From positions 2,911 to 66,910 of the forward strand of contig WRDM01000011.1 of NCBI GenBank assembly GCA_009783465.1: DNA of 64,000 nt, in the 5' to 3' direction. The translations under genes were made by a program, and so were the position numbers. Position 1 is the first letter of the stretch. Each line of letters opens with the position of its first letter. The notes under the pieces were generated by a model. It did no database searches, was not told where the DNA came from, and saw nothing but the letters and a program-made list of their open reading frames with translations. Positions 34,769 through 44,280 of this stretch are shown here, in pieces. Origin of the DNA: Phycisphaerae bacterium (GTDB taxonomy: Bacteria; Planctomycetota; Phycisphaerae; SM23-33).

Positions 34769-35836
34769 ATGACCAGTGATCTGGAAGTCTATCGTCAAAC
34801 GATGTCGTTTCGTCGGCCTGGGCGGGTGTTGTTTGCTGCCGATTTCACGCCGGACCTTCGTGAGCGGCTGGTGAAGCACACCGGCAGCGAGGATCTTCTT
34901 GGGCATTACGGCATGTGGAAGCGTGCGTGGGTCGGGCCTCGCCGGCCTGAGGGATTGGCGAAGATCGACTACTCCGTGTATTACAAAGACGACACGCTGC
35001 CGCCGGGCACGACGATCGACGACTCCGGCGTGGCGCATATTCCCGGCGGTTTTTATCACTTCACGAAAATGCTCTCGCCGTTGCGGAACGCCACCAGCAT
35101 CGAGCAGATTCAATCGTATCCGCTCGATAACACGCTTGAGTGGGACTGGTCGCAGGTCAAAGCCGACGTCGACAAGGCCCATGCCGAGGGCATCGTCGTG
35201 GGCGCGTGGGTGGGTCACATGTACGAGTCGGCCTGGCAGATTCGCGGCTATGAGGAGTTCCTCACGGACATGCTCACGCAGCCGGCGTGGGCGCACGCGA
35301 TGCTCGAGCGGGTGATCGAAACCAAGGCCGAACGCTGCCGTCGGCTCGCCGAGGCGGGCGTGGACGTCCTCCAGTGCGGCGACGACGTGGCCAGCCAACG
35401 CGCCCTGATGTTCGAGCCGGCGATGTGGCGGGAATTCATGCTCAGCCGTTGGCGCAAGGTGTGGGCGGCCGCCCATGCCGCCAATCCCGGCGTGCACGTC
35501 TGGTATCACAGCGACGGCGACATCACGGCCATCATCGGCGAGTTAATCGAGGCGGGCGTGAACATTCTCAACCCGCTCCAGCCGGAGTGCCTCGACGTCG
35601 ACGCCGTCTTCGCGGAGTTCGGCGGACGCGTCGCCTTCGACGGCGTGATGGGCACGCAAAGCACGATGCCCTGGGGAACCCCCGCCGACGTGAAAGCCCG
35701 CGTGAAGGAAATCATCCAGAAATATGGCCAAAACGGCGGCCTGTTCGTCACGCCCACGCACATCCTCGAACCGGAAGTGCCGCTGGCAAACATCGACGCC
35801 TTCGCCGACGCCTGCCGCGAATATGGACAGGGCTAG
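34769..35836 (+). CDS. Uroporphyrinogen decarboxylase (URO-D) family protein, MtaA/CmuA-like
   Basis: aaaggag lies upstream of ATG 34769. URO-D family C-terminal pattern: GVDVLQCGDDVASQRALMFEP...VWYHSDGDI...LNPLQPEC...GTPADVKARVKEII...GGLFVTPTHILEPEVPLANIDAF. Confidence 0.75.
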   Translation: MTSDLEVYRQTMSFRRPGRVLFAADFTPDLRERLVKHTGSEDLLGHYGMWKRAWVGPRRPEGLAKIDYSVYYKDDTLPPGTTIDDSGVAHIPGGFYHFTKMLSPLRNATSIEQIQSYPLDNTLEWDWSQVKADVDKAHAEGIVVGAWVGHMYESAWQIRGYEEFLTDMLTQPAWAHAMLERVIETKAERCRRLAEAGVDVLQCGDDVASQRALMFEPAMWREFMLSRWRKVWAAAHAANPGVHVWYHSDGDITAIIGELIEAGVNILNPLQPECLDVDAVFAEFGGRVAFDGVMGTQSTMPWGTPADVKARVKEIIQKYGQNGGLFVTPTHILEPEVPLANIDAFADACREYGQG

Positions 35837-35867
35837 AGCAATTCAAGATTGAGGTGTTGCAATTTTT

Positions 35868-35925
35868 AGCCGCGAATTACGCGAATTTTCGAATGATTCT
35901 GAAGAAATTCGTGTAATTCGCGGCT
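35868..35925. repeat. 21-bp-arm hairpin (cgaatt family) after the URO-D-family gene
   Basis: agccgcgaattacgcgaattt (35868-35888) pairs with aaattcgtgtaattcgcggct (35905-35925). A related half-motif attcgcgaaaattcgcggct occurs near 56515-56540. Confidence 0.75.
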
Positions 35926-36001
35926 TAAAGGGATGCGGCAAGTCATTCGTAAACTGCGTTAATCCCTGAATCCCAGAAAAAAGGACACCCAGGAGAACGG
36001 T

Positions 36002-38413
36002 ATGACTCGCGTATTTTTGCCGTCGCATCCGTTTGCGGATTTGTCCGATTTGGCCGCCCGTGAGTGTGGCGATTGGCCTTGGGCGCCGAATAATCGGTGG
36101 ACGGCGAAGTGGGTGGATCATCCCGGGCGTGGATGCGGCGACTGGCCTTCGGTCGTGGTGTTTCGGCTGGTGGTCGACGTGCCGCCAACCGCGCTGGCGG
36201 AGCGGGTTCGTGTGCACGTCACGGCGGATCAGCGGTATCGACTGATGCTGGACGGGCGGACGATCGGTCGCGGGCCTGAGCGGGGCGACGTGCGGCGGTG
36301 GCGGTTCGAGAGTTACGAGCTGGAGTTGCCGGCGGGGCGGCACGTGCTGTTGGCGCAGAGTTGGTGGCTGGCGGATCGCGGGCCGTTGGTTCAGACGACG
36401 TTAAGGCCTGGGTTTTTGTTGCAGGCGGAGGGCGCGTGGCACGAGTTGCTGTCGACGGGCGTCGCGTCGTGGGAGTCGATGCGGCTGGACGGTTACGGTC
36501 TGGTGGATCCCGGCCACACGCTATACAGCGGTTCGAAGACGGCCATTGACGGTCGGCGGTTTCCGTGGGGCTGGCAGGGGGGCGACGGGCCTTACGTGCC
36601 GGTGGAGACTATCCGCTGGGCCGACGGCGTGAGCACGCTTCGCTCGACGAATCATTTCTGGCTGCTGACGCCCGCGACGCTGCCGCCGATGCTGGATCAG
36701 CCGTGGCAAGGCGGGTCGGCGCGATACGTGACCGACGCGGAGGACACTTACCCCGTATCGGCGGAAAAACACCTGCCCTCCGAAGCCGTCCACTGGCAGC
36801 GGTGGCTCGACGGTGACGGCAGCGTGACGATCCCGCCGCGTTCGCGACGCCGCGCGATCATCGACCTGGAGGACTACCTCTGCGCCTACGCGTCGATCAC
36901 GCTCTCGGGCGGGGCCGACGCCCGATTGGCCATCCGCTGGGCCGAGGCGCTGTTTGAACAACCGACGTGGTACACCGCCAAAGGCAACCGCGCCGTCATC
37001 GACGGCAAGCATTTCCTGGGCTACGGCGACGAATACATTGCCGACGGCGGCGCCGCCCGCACGTTCGAGCCGCTCTGGTGGAACGCCGGCCGATATCTCG
37101 AAATCGACGTCGCCACCGCCGACGAGCCGCTCACGCTCGACGCGCTGCACCTGTCCCAAACCCGCTACCCGATGGAGATGGAGTGCTCCTTCGCCGCCTC
37201 CGACGAACGGTTCGCCGAGGTCGTCCCGCTGGCCGAGCGAACGCTGAAGGCGTGTTTTCACGAGACGATTATGGACTGCCCGTACTACGAGCAGATGCCC
37301 TGGGTGGGCGACAGCCGCGTCGATGCCCTCGTCGGCTACGTGTTCGCGCACGACGACCGGCTGGCTCGCAAAGCCATCGAGACCTACAATGCGTCGCGGC
37401 TGTGGACGGGCCTGACGCAATCGTGGTATCCCGCCAACGCGTTGAACATGATTCCGTCGTTCGCGCTGTGGTGGGTGTGCATGGTGGAGGATTTTTTCCA
37501 GTGGCGCGAGAGCGGCGAGTTCGCGCGGCGGATGCTGCTCGGGGCGCGGACGACGATGGAGGCGTTCCGCAGCCTCACCGGCAGAGACGGCATGATCACG
37601 CTGCCGCACGGCTCGAATTTCATCGACTGGGTTCGCCATCCCGCCTGGGCGGGCAGCGGGCCTCGGGTCGGCGAGGAAGGGTATTCGTCGATTCTCAATC
37701 TGATTTACGTGCTGGCGTTGAACGCCAAGTCGCGCATGGAGGCATTTTACGGCGATCCGCTGATGGCGACGCGCGATCGGCAGGCGGCCGAGGCGGCCAT
37801 GGCCGGCGTGATGAAACACTTCTGGAACGAGCCGCGAAGCCTGCTGGCCGACACGCTGGAGGCGGACAGTTTCAGCGAGCACGCGCAGAGTTTGGCGATC
37901 CTCACGGGCCTGCTGCCGGCGGACCGGCAGGAGCGGATCGTGCAAGGCCTGCTGAGCGAGAGCGACCTGGCCCGCACGACGATTTTCTTTTCGCATTACC
38001 TGTTGGACGCCCTCGGCCGGGCGGGGCGCACCGACGCGATCGTCGAGCGGCTGGGGCTGTGGTTCGGCCTCAAGGGCAACGGCTTTCTCACCACGTACGA
38101 ACACCCCGAGCCGACGCGCAGCGACTGCCATGCCTGGGGCACGCATCCGCTGTACCATTTCCTGGTGACGATCCTCGGCGTCCGACCGGCCTCGCCGGGA
38201 TTCGGCACGGTCCGCATCGAGCCGCAACTGGGTCCGCTGACATGGGCACACGGCAGAGTCCCGCACCAGGCGGGTTTGATCGAGGTCCGCGTCACGCGAA
38301 CAGACGGCGATGGTTTCGAGGCGGACATCACCCTCCCGCCAGGTTTGAGCGGTGTGTTCGTGCAGAGCGGCAAGGAAATCCCGATGCAAAGCGGGCGACA
38401 GATGGTGAAGTAG
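36002..38413 (+). CDS. Six-hairpin glycoside hydrolase, GH78 (alpha-L-rhamnosidase)-like
   Basis: aggag lies upstream of ATG 36002. The motif MDCPYYEQMPWVGDSR resembles the DCP..E...W.GD motif of the bacterial rhamnosidase six-hairpin domain. The length is 803 aa. The family assignment comes from motif memory and is not verified. Confidence 0.55.
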   Translation: MTRVFLPSHPFADLSDLAARECGDWPWAPNNRWTAKWVDHPGRGCGDWPSVVVFRLVVDVPPTALAERVRVHVTADQRYRLMLDGRTIGRGPERGDVRRWRFESYELELPAGRHVLLAQSWWLADRGPLVQTTLRPGFLLQAEGAWHELLSTGVASWESMRLDGYGLVDPGHTLYSGSKTAIDGRRFPWGWQGGDGPYVPVETIRWADGVSTLRSTNHFWLLTPATLPPMLDQPWQGGSARYVTDAEDTYPVSAEKHLPSEAVHWQRWLDGDGSVTIPPRSRRRAIIDLEDYLCAYASITLSGGADARLAIRWAEALFEQPTWYTAKGNRAVIDGKHFLGYGDEYIADGGAARTFEPLWWNAGRYLEIDVATADEPLTLDALHLSQTRYPMEMECSFAASDERFAEVVPLAERTLKACFHETIMDCPYYEQMPWVGDSRVDALVGYVFAHDDRLARKAIETYNASRLWTGLTQSWYPANALNMIPSFALWWVCMVEDFFQWRESGEFARRMLLGARTTMEAFRSLTGRDGMITLPHGSNFIDWVRHPAWAGSGPRVGEEGYSSILNLIYVLALNAKSRMEAFYGDPLMATRDRQAAEAAMAGVMKHFWNEPRSLLADTLEADSFSEHAQSLAILTGLLPADRQERIVQGLLSESDLARTTIFFSHYLLDALGRAGRTDAIVERLGLWFGLKGNGFLTTYEHPEPTRSDCHAWGTHPLYHFLVTILGVRPASPGFGTVRIEPQLGPLTWAHGRVPHQAGLIEVRVTRTDGDGFEADITLPPGLSGVFVQSGKEIPMQSGRQMVK

Positions 38414-38504
38414 TACGGGGTTTGTCGACCGTAAACCACGCACGTCTATAGTAACTGTACAGTGGTCAAACGGGTTTGCAAAGGAAACTAGGGAAAATTA
38501 TTCC

Positions 38505-38608
38505 CGTGATGCGGGCGTCTTGCCCGCGTCCGGATGTGGTATAGACGTGGCGTTTTTTATGGAACAGTCTCATGGATCGCACAACGCGGGCGAGACGCCC
38601 GCATCACG
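38505..38608. repeat. Palindromic element, intergenic copy (family also found inside mutS2 and the ABC permease)
   Basis: Arm cgtgatgcgggcgtcttgcccgcg (38505-38528) pairs with cgcgggcgagacgcccgcatcacg (38585-38608) with 1 mismatch. It ends 2 nt before the mutS2 stop codon (38611-38613). Confidence 0.85.
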
Positions 38609-38610
38609 TT

Positions 38611-41301
38611 TCACTCCCGTACCGGTTCCAGGTCGGTCAGGGGGATTTCCAGTTCGAAGGCGCCGCTTTGCACGACGGCGTGTTGTTTGTCCGGGTTGAT
38701 GCGGAGGAGCGTGGCGCGTTTGTGAAACGGGACGACGTACACCTGTTGGCCTGGCTGGACGGCGAGCAGTTTGTCGAGGTGTTCTTTGGATCGGCCTTGG
38801 GGGCTTCGGCGGTGCATCGGCTGTGGGGCGGCGGGCTCAGAGTCGCCGTCGCGCGGCGTCGATTCGCCGTGTCGGCTTCGATCGCCGTGTCGTGGCCCGT
38901 GTCGGCCTCGGGCGGGATCGGCCTCGCGCCCGGCCTTCGCGAACGGGCTTTCCTGCGGGAACAGTTCCTGCAACGTCACCTCCAACTCGCCGGCAATCGT
39001 CTGTACCTTCGCCTTACCTCGCGCGAAATCCACCGACGTGAGCGTGCCGTTGCCCGGCAGCTTTGTCAGCGTCACTTCGTCGCCGACCTTCATCTCGCCG
39101 ATCCGCGCCAGCCACGCGTCGAACTGCCGCGAACGCTCCTTCTGTTCGCGCAGGCTCCGCTCGAGTTCTTTCTGCGCGTGGGTTGCCTGCGCGGCGGCCT
39201 GCTCGCTGGCGGCCGCCTGCGCGTGCATCTGCTGACGCACCGCGTTGATCTGCCCCCGCACGGCTTCCTGGCCGAGGTCGGGCATCAGTTCGCGGAGGGG
39301 CACTTCGATTTGCAGCGGGTCGGCATTGACGACGGCGATCTGGCGGTGCAGCTCCAGCCGAACCAGCCTGCCCATGCGTCGCAGCGAGGGCACGAAGACG
39401 TCGTCGCCTTCTTTGAGTTCACCCAGGCCCGCCAGCCAGAGGTTGAATTCCTCCTGGAGTCGTCGCAGGTCGGCAAGTTTGACTTCGTACGAAACCTGCT
39501 GGGTTTGGGCGGCCAATTGGGCTTCCGCGGCGGCGGCGCGGGCCTGCTCGGCGTCCTGGCGGACGATGCTCGTCGCCTGAATCGCCCGGCGAAACTGCTT
39601 GCCCTGTTGGTTCAGGTATTGGCGGGATGCGCCGACGATGCGTCGGGGCAGGCCCAGGTGGGCGGCCACCGAGATGGCATGACTTTCGCCGGGCGTGCCG
39701 ATGAGCAGGTGGTAGGTCGGGCGGAGGGTTTCGGAGTTGAAGGCGACGCTGGCGTTGTCGACGCGTTCGTTGGCGTAGGCGTAGGCTTTGAGGACGCTCA
39801 GGTGCGTCGTGACGATGCACGCGCAGCCGACGCGGCGGATTTCGTCGAGAATCGCCTGCCCGATCGCGCCGCCCTCGTCGGGGTCGGTGCCGCTGCCGAG
39901 TTCGTCCAGCAGGACGAGACTGGCGGCGTCGGCTTTGTGAAGGATGTACCGCACCCGCTTGATGTGGGCGCCGAACGTGGAGAGCGACTGCTCCAGCGAC
40001 TGTTCGTCGCCGATGTCGATGAAGACGTCGCGGTAGGCGGGCATGATCGCGCCGCGCCGGACCGGAATGTGCATGCCGCTCTGGGCCATCACTACCAGCA
40101 GCGCCACCGTTTTCAGCGCGACGGTCTTTCCGCCGGTGTTCGAGCCGGTGATGATCAGCACGTCGAAATCCTGGCCAAGGCGGATGTCGATGGGGACGAC
40201 AGCCGGCGTAGCCGCGCAACGTGACGCGGGCATCTCGCCCGCGTTGTGTGTACCATCGCCCTGGCTGGTGGAAGGCGCCAAATTTTTTCCGTCATTGCCG
40301 GACGCGGGCAAGATGCCCTCGCCACGTTGCTCCGTCTGCTCGATCAGCAGCGGGTGCCTGGCCTGGTGAAACACCAGCGGGCCTCGCTCGGTGATTTCCG
40401 GGCAGGTGAAGTTGAACTGGTACGCGTACTGCGCCTTGGCCGTCAGGACGTCGATGTGGGCCAGGCTGTGGAGCGTCGTGCGGACGCGGTCGGCGACGGC
40501 GAAGATTCGCAGGGCGAGTTGGCTGAGGAGGCGTTGGATTTCTCGGCGTTCGTCCTCGGCCAGATCGCTGAGGCGGTTGTTGAGTTGCACGCAGGCTTCG
40601 GGTTCAACGAACACGGTCGCGCCGCTGTGGGACGCGCGGTGGACGACGCCGGGCAGTCGGCCTCGGTTTTCCGCCTTTACCGGCAGCACGTAGCGGTCGC
40701 CGTGGAGGGTGACGACGGCCTCCTGGAGCAGTTTGGCGACTTCGCTTTGCCGCACGTAGCTGTGGATGAGGCTGTGGATGGCCTGCGCCGTGTCGGCCAT
40801 GTGGCGGCGGACTTCGGCGAGTTTGTGGCTGGCGCGGTCGCTGACGATGCCGTCGGGGTCGATGACGGCGTGCACGGCGTCGATTTCGCTTTGGAATTCG
40901 CCGATCCCACCGGCCATCGCGTGCAGCAGCGGCAGCGACTCGGGCAGTGAGAGCAGATAGCGGCGGACGTTCATCGCGCCTTCGAGCGTGCCGGCGATGA
41001 CGAGAAAATCTTCCGCGCTGGCGCCCGCGCCCGGCGTGGCCCGTTCCAGGGCGGCGGTGATGTCCACCACGCCGCCGAACGGCGGCAAGCCCACGTCGCG
41101 CAAGGCAGCCACCATCTGGCTGACCTGTTCCAGCCACTCGCGAATCACGGCGGGGTTTCGGCTGGGCCCGATACGCCGTGCCAATTCGCGTCCCAGCCCG
41201 CACCGACAATACCGCGACAAAATCGCCCGGACGGCATCGAACTCAATTTTGTTCAGCGTAAACGAATCCACATTGGCCTCGCAAACAAACCTGTCGCTCA
41301 T
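38611..41301 (-). CDS. mutS2: MutS2-family ATPase (no Smr domain detected; triplicated C-terminal module)
   Basis: The MutS domain V has Walker A ITGSNTGGKTVALKT and Walker B LVLLDELGSGTDPDEGGA, with ARHPLL upstream. The C-terminus lacks an Smr-like LDLHG motif and instead has three roughly 45-aa related units. Confidence 0.8.
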   Translation of the reverse strand: MSDRFVCEANVDSFTLNKIEFDAVRAILSRYCRCGLGRELARRIGPSRNPAVIREWLEQVSQMVAALRDVGLPPFGGVVDITAALERATPGAGASAEDFLVIAGTLEGAMNVRRYLLSLPESLPLLHAMAGGIGEFQSEIDAVHAVIDPDGIVSDRASHKLAEVRRHMADTAQAIHSLIHSYVRQSEVAKLLQEAVVTLHGDRYVLPVKAENRGRLPGVVHRASHSGATVFVEPEACVQLNNRLSDLAEDERREIQRLLSQLALRIFAVADRVRTTLHSLAHIDVLTAKAQYAYQFNFTCPEITERGPLVFHQARHPLLIEQTEQRGEGILPASGNDGKNLAPSTSQGDGTHNAGEMPASRCAATPAVVPIDIRLGQDFDVLIITGSNTGGKTVALKTVALLVVMAQSGMHIPVRRGAIMPAYRDVFIDIGDEQSLEQSLSTFGAHIKRVRYILHKADAASLVLLDELGSGTDPDEGGAIGQAILDEIRRVGCACIVTTHLSVLKAYAYANERVDNASVAFNSETLRPTYHLLIGTPGESHAISVAAHLGLPRRIVGASRQYLNQQGKQFRRAIQATSIVRQDAEQARAAAAEAQLAAQTQQVSYEVKLADLRRLQEEFNLWLAGLGELKEGDDVFVPSLRRMGRLVRLELHRQIAVVNADPLQIEVPLRELMPDLGQEAVRGQINAVRQQMHAQAAASEQAAAQATHAQKELERSLREQKERSRQFDAWLARIGEMKVGDEVTLTKLPGNGTLTSVDFARGKAKVQTIAGELEVTLQELFPQESPFAKAGREADPARGRHGPRHGDRSRHGESTPRDGDSEPAAPQPMHRRSPQGRSKEHLDKLLAVQPGQQVYVVPFHKRATLLRINPDKQHAVVQSGAFELEIPLTDLEPVRE
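40216..40330. repeat. Palindromic element inserted in frame inside mutS2
   Basis: The sequence runs gcaacgtgacgcgggcatctcgcccgcgttgtg ... ccggacgcgggcaagatgccctcgccacgttgc. It is homologous to 46003-46136 (same orientation) and 38505-38608 (inverted). It is translated as ILPASGNDGKNLAPSTSQGDGTHNAGEMPASRCAA. Confidence 0.85.
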
Positions 41302-41310
41302 TATACATCG

Positions 41311-44256
41311 TTATTTCTTGTACCGTTCTTCGGCTTTCTTTTTTGCGGCGAGCAGGCGACCCATGGCGGTGTTGTCGGCGGGAGGCGGTGTTTGGGGCGG
41401 GTCGGATTTCTTTGGTTCGGCTGGGGCGCGTTTGTCGGTTGGGGCGGAGAGGTCGGCCGTTGGCAGGGCGCGATCGGCGTCGGTGTTGGCGGCGGCGTCG
41501 TAGTGGCGTGTGGGTTGGGTTTGTGCGCCGGATTGGCCGGCGAGGTTTTTTTTGACCTGTTCGCGCCGGGCCTGGAGGCGGGCGATGCCTTCGTTGACGG
41601 CGGCGGGTTGTTTGCGGCGGACGAGGCTGGCGATTTTTCGGCCGATGTTGCCCCAGTCGACGGCGACGCGTCGCACGGCGACGTCGAGGAGGAAGGCGAT
41701 CAGGAACACGATGACGAGGGACTTGGTCATCGGCGTGGCGGTTCGGGGGAACTGCAGGCCCTGGCGGGCGAAGAGGTCGGTGGTGCGGTCGACGCTGGTG
41801 AGCACCCGGCCTCCGGTCATGCGTGCGATCTCGGCCAGCAGGGCGGTGTTGTCCTGGAGGTCTTCGAATTCGGGCGCGTAGGGGACGGAGACGACGGACT
41901 GGACGATTTTTCGCGAGTCGGGCGGGCCGTAATGGAGGTTGACGAGGTAGCTGCCGGCGGCGTCGGCGTCGAATCGTGCGGCGTATCGGCCGGGGCCTAC
42001 TTGTCGCGGCGAGAGGGTTTGGGATTTCATGTCCGGCGAGATGACCTGCACGGCAAGGCCTTCGAGGTAGAGGAAGTTGCCGTCGCTGTCGTTGCTTTCG
42101 ACGACGAGTTCGACGCGGCGGTCCTGGACGTCGGCGAAGATTTCGCATTCGCCGCCGCCGGCGGATCGGACCGCGTGTCGGACGGCCCGCTCCCAGAAGC
42201 TCGCGAAATCCGGCCAGGTTGCCCACGCGTTGTCCCACTGCCCGCCGACGGAGGAGGTGAACGCGACGGTGCGGCCCAGTCCGCTGGGCATGGCGGCGAG
42301 GATCGGATCTTTTTCGTCTGTGCCGTGGAGGATGACGCGCGCGAGGCCTCCCTTGGGTCGGCCCGTCAGGACGTAACCGTCCAGCGCGGGCAGGTGTGCG
42401 ATGGTTCGGCCGAGTTCGTGGTCGCCGGCTTCGAGGGCGGGCGTGAAGCGTGTTTCCTGGATCAGCGAGCGTCGGACGACCTGGGCTTCCTTGACGAAAA
42501 TTTGCGGCAGTTCGTTGGCGGATTTCGGCTGGTAGTATCGGCCTCCGGTGATCCGCGCCATTTCGCGCATGCCTCGCAGGCCCGGGTCGTCGGGGCTGTG
42601 CGGGGCGACGACGACGACGGTGATGGAGATTCTGGCGGCCTTGCAGTCGGCGAGCAGTTGGGGGCTGGGCCGCTGCGGGTCGCCGTCGGTGATGATGATG
42701 ATGTGCCGCTGTCCTGCCCGGCTGGCGACGAGGGCGTCGTGGGCGGACTGGATGTGCGGACCGAGATCGAAGAAATCGTTCATGACCATCTGGTCGATGG
42801 CTTTGAGGATGCCGCTTTTGTCGCCAGCGGGCTGAAGCGGGTATTCCCACGGGTCGTTAGGCGTGTTGAGTTGGTAGCTGACGAGTCCGACGAGGTCGAG
42901 TCGGCTGAGGGCGTTTGCGGCGGCTTTTGCGGTTTCTTTTCCCCAGCGGTTTCCTTCGGGCATTTCGCAGGAGTGGATGACCAGGACGAGGGCGCCGAGA
43001 GGCATTTGTTCTTTTTGCGGCGGGTCCATTTCGACGGGCATGATGTTGGCGACGGGGCTGCCGATCCACCCGCCCGCGCCGAACGCGTCGGGGCCTCCGG
43101 TCATCACGAGGCCGCCGCCGAGGTCGTTGACGTAGCGGCAGATCATCTGCTGCTGCCGCATGGAGAACCAACTGTTGTCGACGTCGGCCAGGATGATGCA
43201 GTCGACGTCCACCAGTTCGCTGAGTTGCTGCGGGAAGCTCTCGGCCTGCACGTAGGTGACGGGGAATTTCGATTCCCGCAGCGCTTCGGCCAGCGGCAGC
43301 CCCGCGCGGCGGTCGGCGTCCACCAGCAGCACGCTGCCCGAGCCGGCGATGTAGGTCATCGCGCTGGCCATGTTGTTGTGGGGGATCTGGTCGTCGCGCG
43401 GGCTTGCGGGGGTGAAGACGGCTTTGAATTCGTGCATGCCGCGCTCGCCCAGCGGGACTTCCAGCGTGCGGACGTTGACGCCCTCGCGGAGCGTGACGGG
43501 GATTTGCGGCCCGTCCGCGCCGAGCACGACCGGCTGTCCGTTGACGCTCACCGTGATCGTGCCTCGCGCGGCGTGCGTGGATCGCAGGACCAGGCGCAGG
43601 GGCACGGTTTGGCCTGGACGTGCCCTCGGCGGCGCGACGAGGCGCGAGAAGATCACCTCGTTGTCGTGGCGGTACTGAAGAGGCACGACGTCGATGGGGA
43701 TGTTGTTGGCGGCCGCGCGGCGGGCGAATTCGCGAAGATCGCCGCGCGTTTCGTTACCGTCGCTGACGAGCAGCAGCCGGCAGGCGGTGTCCGGCGGCGC
43801 GACGGCCATCGCCATCTGCAACCCGCCGGAAAGATAACTCTGCTCGCCGAGCATCTGTCTGGAGTAATCTTCGAGCTCGATTTTATTGCCCGGCAGCTTG
43901 GCGATGGCGACGACTTCGGCGGCGTCGATGACGGCGAAGCGGTCTTGGGCCGGTTTGTTTTCGCCCGCCGCCCGCAACGCCGCCAGCGCGTTCTGACGAA
44001 CCGGCTCGGGCACGGACTGGCTGCGGTCGATGACGGCCAGCAGCGTCACCTGCGTGCTCTTCTCTCCGAGCATCGGCTCGGCCAGCAGCGTCGCCAGCAG
44101 CAGCACCACCAGCACGCGCAACACGGTGGCCGTGATTCGCCGCGCACCGCCAAGACTCTTGAGCCCGCGCAGGCCAATCCACGCGATCGGCACCGCCAGC
44201 AACCCAGCCAGCAGCCACGCCGGATTGGCGAAAAAGAAGACCGTGGTGGCGATCAT
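41311..44256 (-). CDS. Membrane protein with BatA-type N-terminal double-TM domain and VWA domains
   Basis: The N-terminus is FFFANPAWLLAGLLAVPIAWIGLRGLK. A MIDAS-type motif VIDRSQSV is present, then LLVSDGNET. A second VWA-like region has HIIIITDGDP. The stop lies 10 nt upstream of the mutS2 start. Confidence 0.75.
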   Translation of the reverse strand: MIATTVFFFANPAWLLAGLLAVPIAWIGLRGLKSLGGARRITATVLRVLVVLLLATLLAEPMLGEKSTQVTLLAVIDRSQSVPEPVRQNALAALRAAGENKPAQDRFAVIDAAEVVAIAKLPGNKIELEDYSRQMLGEQSYLSGGLQMAMAVAPPDTACRLLLVSDGNETRGDLREFARRAAANNIPIDVVPLQYRHDNEVIFSRLVAPPRARPGQTVPLRLVLRSTHAARGTITVSVNGQPVVLGADGPQIPVTLREGVNVRTLEVPLGERGMHEFKAVFTPASPRDDQIPHNNMASAMTYIAGSGSVLLVDADRRAGLPLAEALRESKFPVTYVQAESFPQQLSELVDVDCIILADVDNSWFSMRQQQMICRYVNDLGGGLVMTGGPDAFGAGGWIGSPVANIMPVEMDPPQKEQMPLGALVLVIHSCEMPEGNRWGKETAKAAANALSRLDLVGLVSYQLNTPNDPWEYPLQPAGDKSGILKAIDQMVMNDFFDLGPHIQSAHDALVASRAGQRHIIIITDGDPQRPSPQLLADCKAARISITVVVVAPHSPDDPGLRGMREMARITGGRYYQPKSANELPQIFVKEAQVVRRSLIQETRFTPALEAGDHELGRTIAHLPALDGYVLTGRPKGGLARVILHGTDEKDPILAAMPSGLGRTVAFTSSVGGQWDNAWATWPDFASFWERAVRHAVRSAGGGECEIFADVQDRRVELVVESNDSDGNFLYLEGLAVQVISPDMKSQTLSPRQVGPGRYAARFDADAAGSYLVNLHYGPPDSRKIVQSVVSVPYAPEFEDLQDNTALLAEIARMTGGRVLTSVDRTTDLFARQGLQFPRTATPMTKSLVIVFLIAFLLDVAVRRVAVDWGNIGRKIASLVRRKQPAAVNEGIARLQARREQVKKNLAGQSGAQTQPTRHYDAAANTDADRALPTADLSAPTDKRAPAEPKKSDPPQTPPPADNTAMGRLLAAKKKAEERYKK

Positions 44257-44280
44257 GGCGGCGCCTCCACGGGGAGGTTT

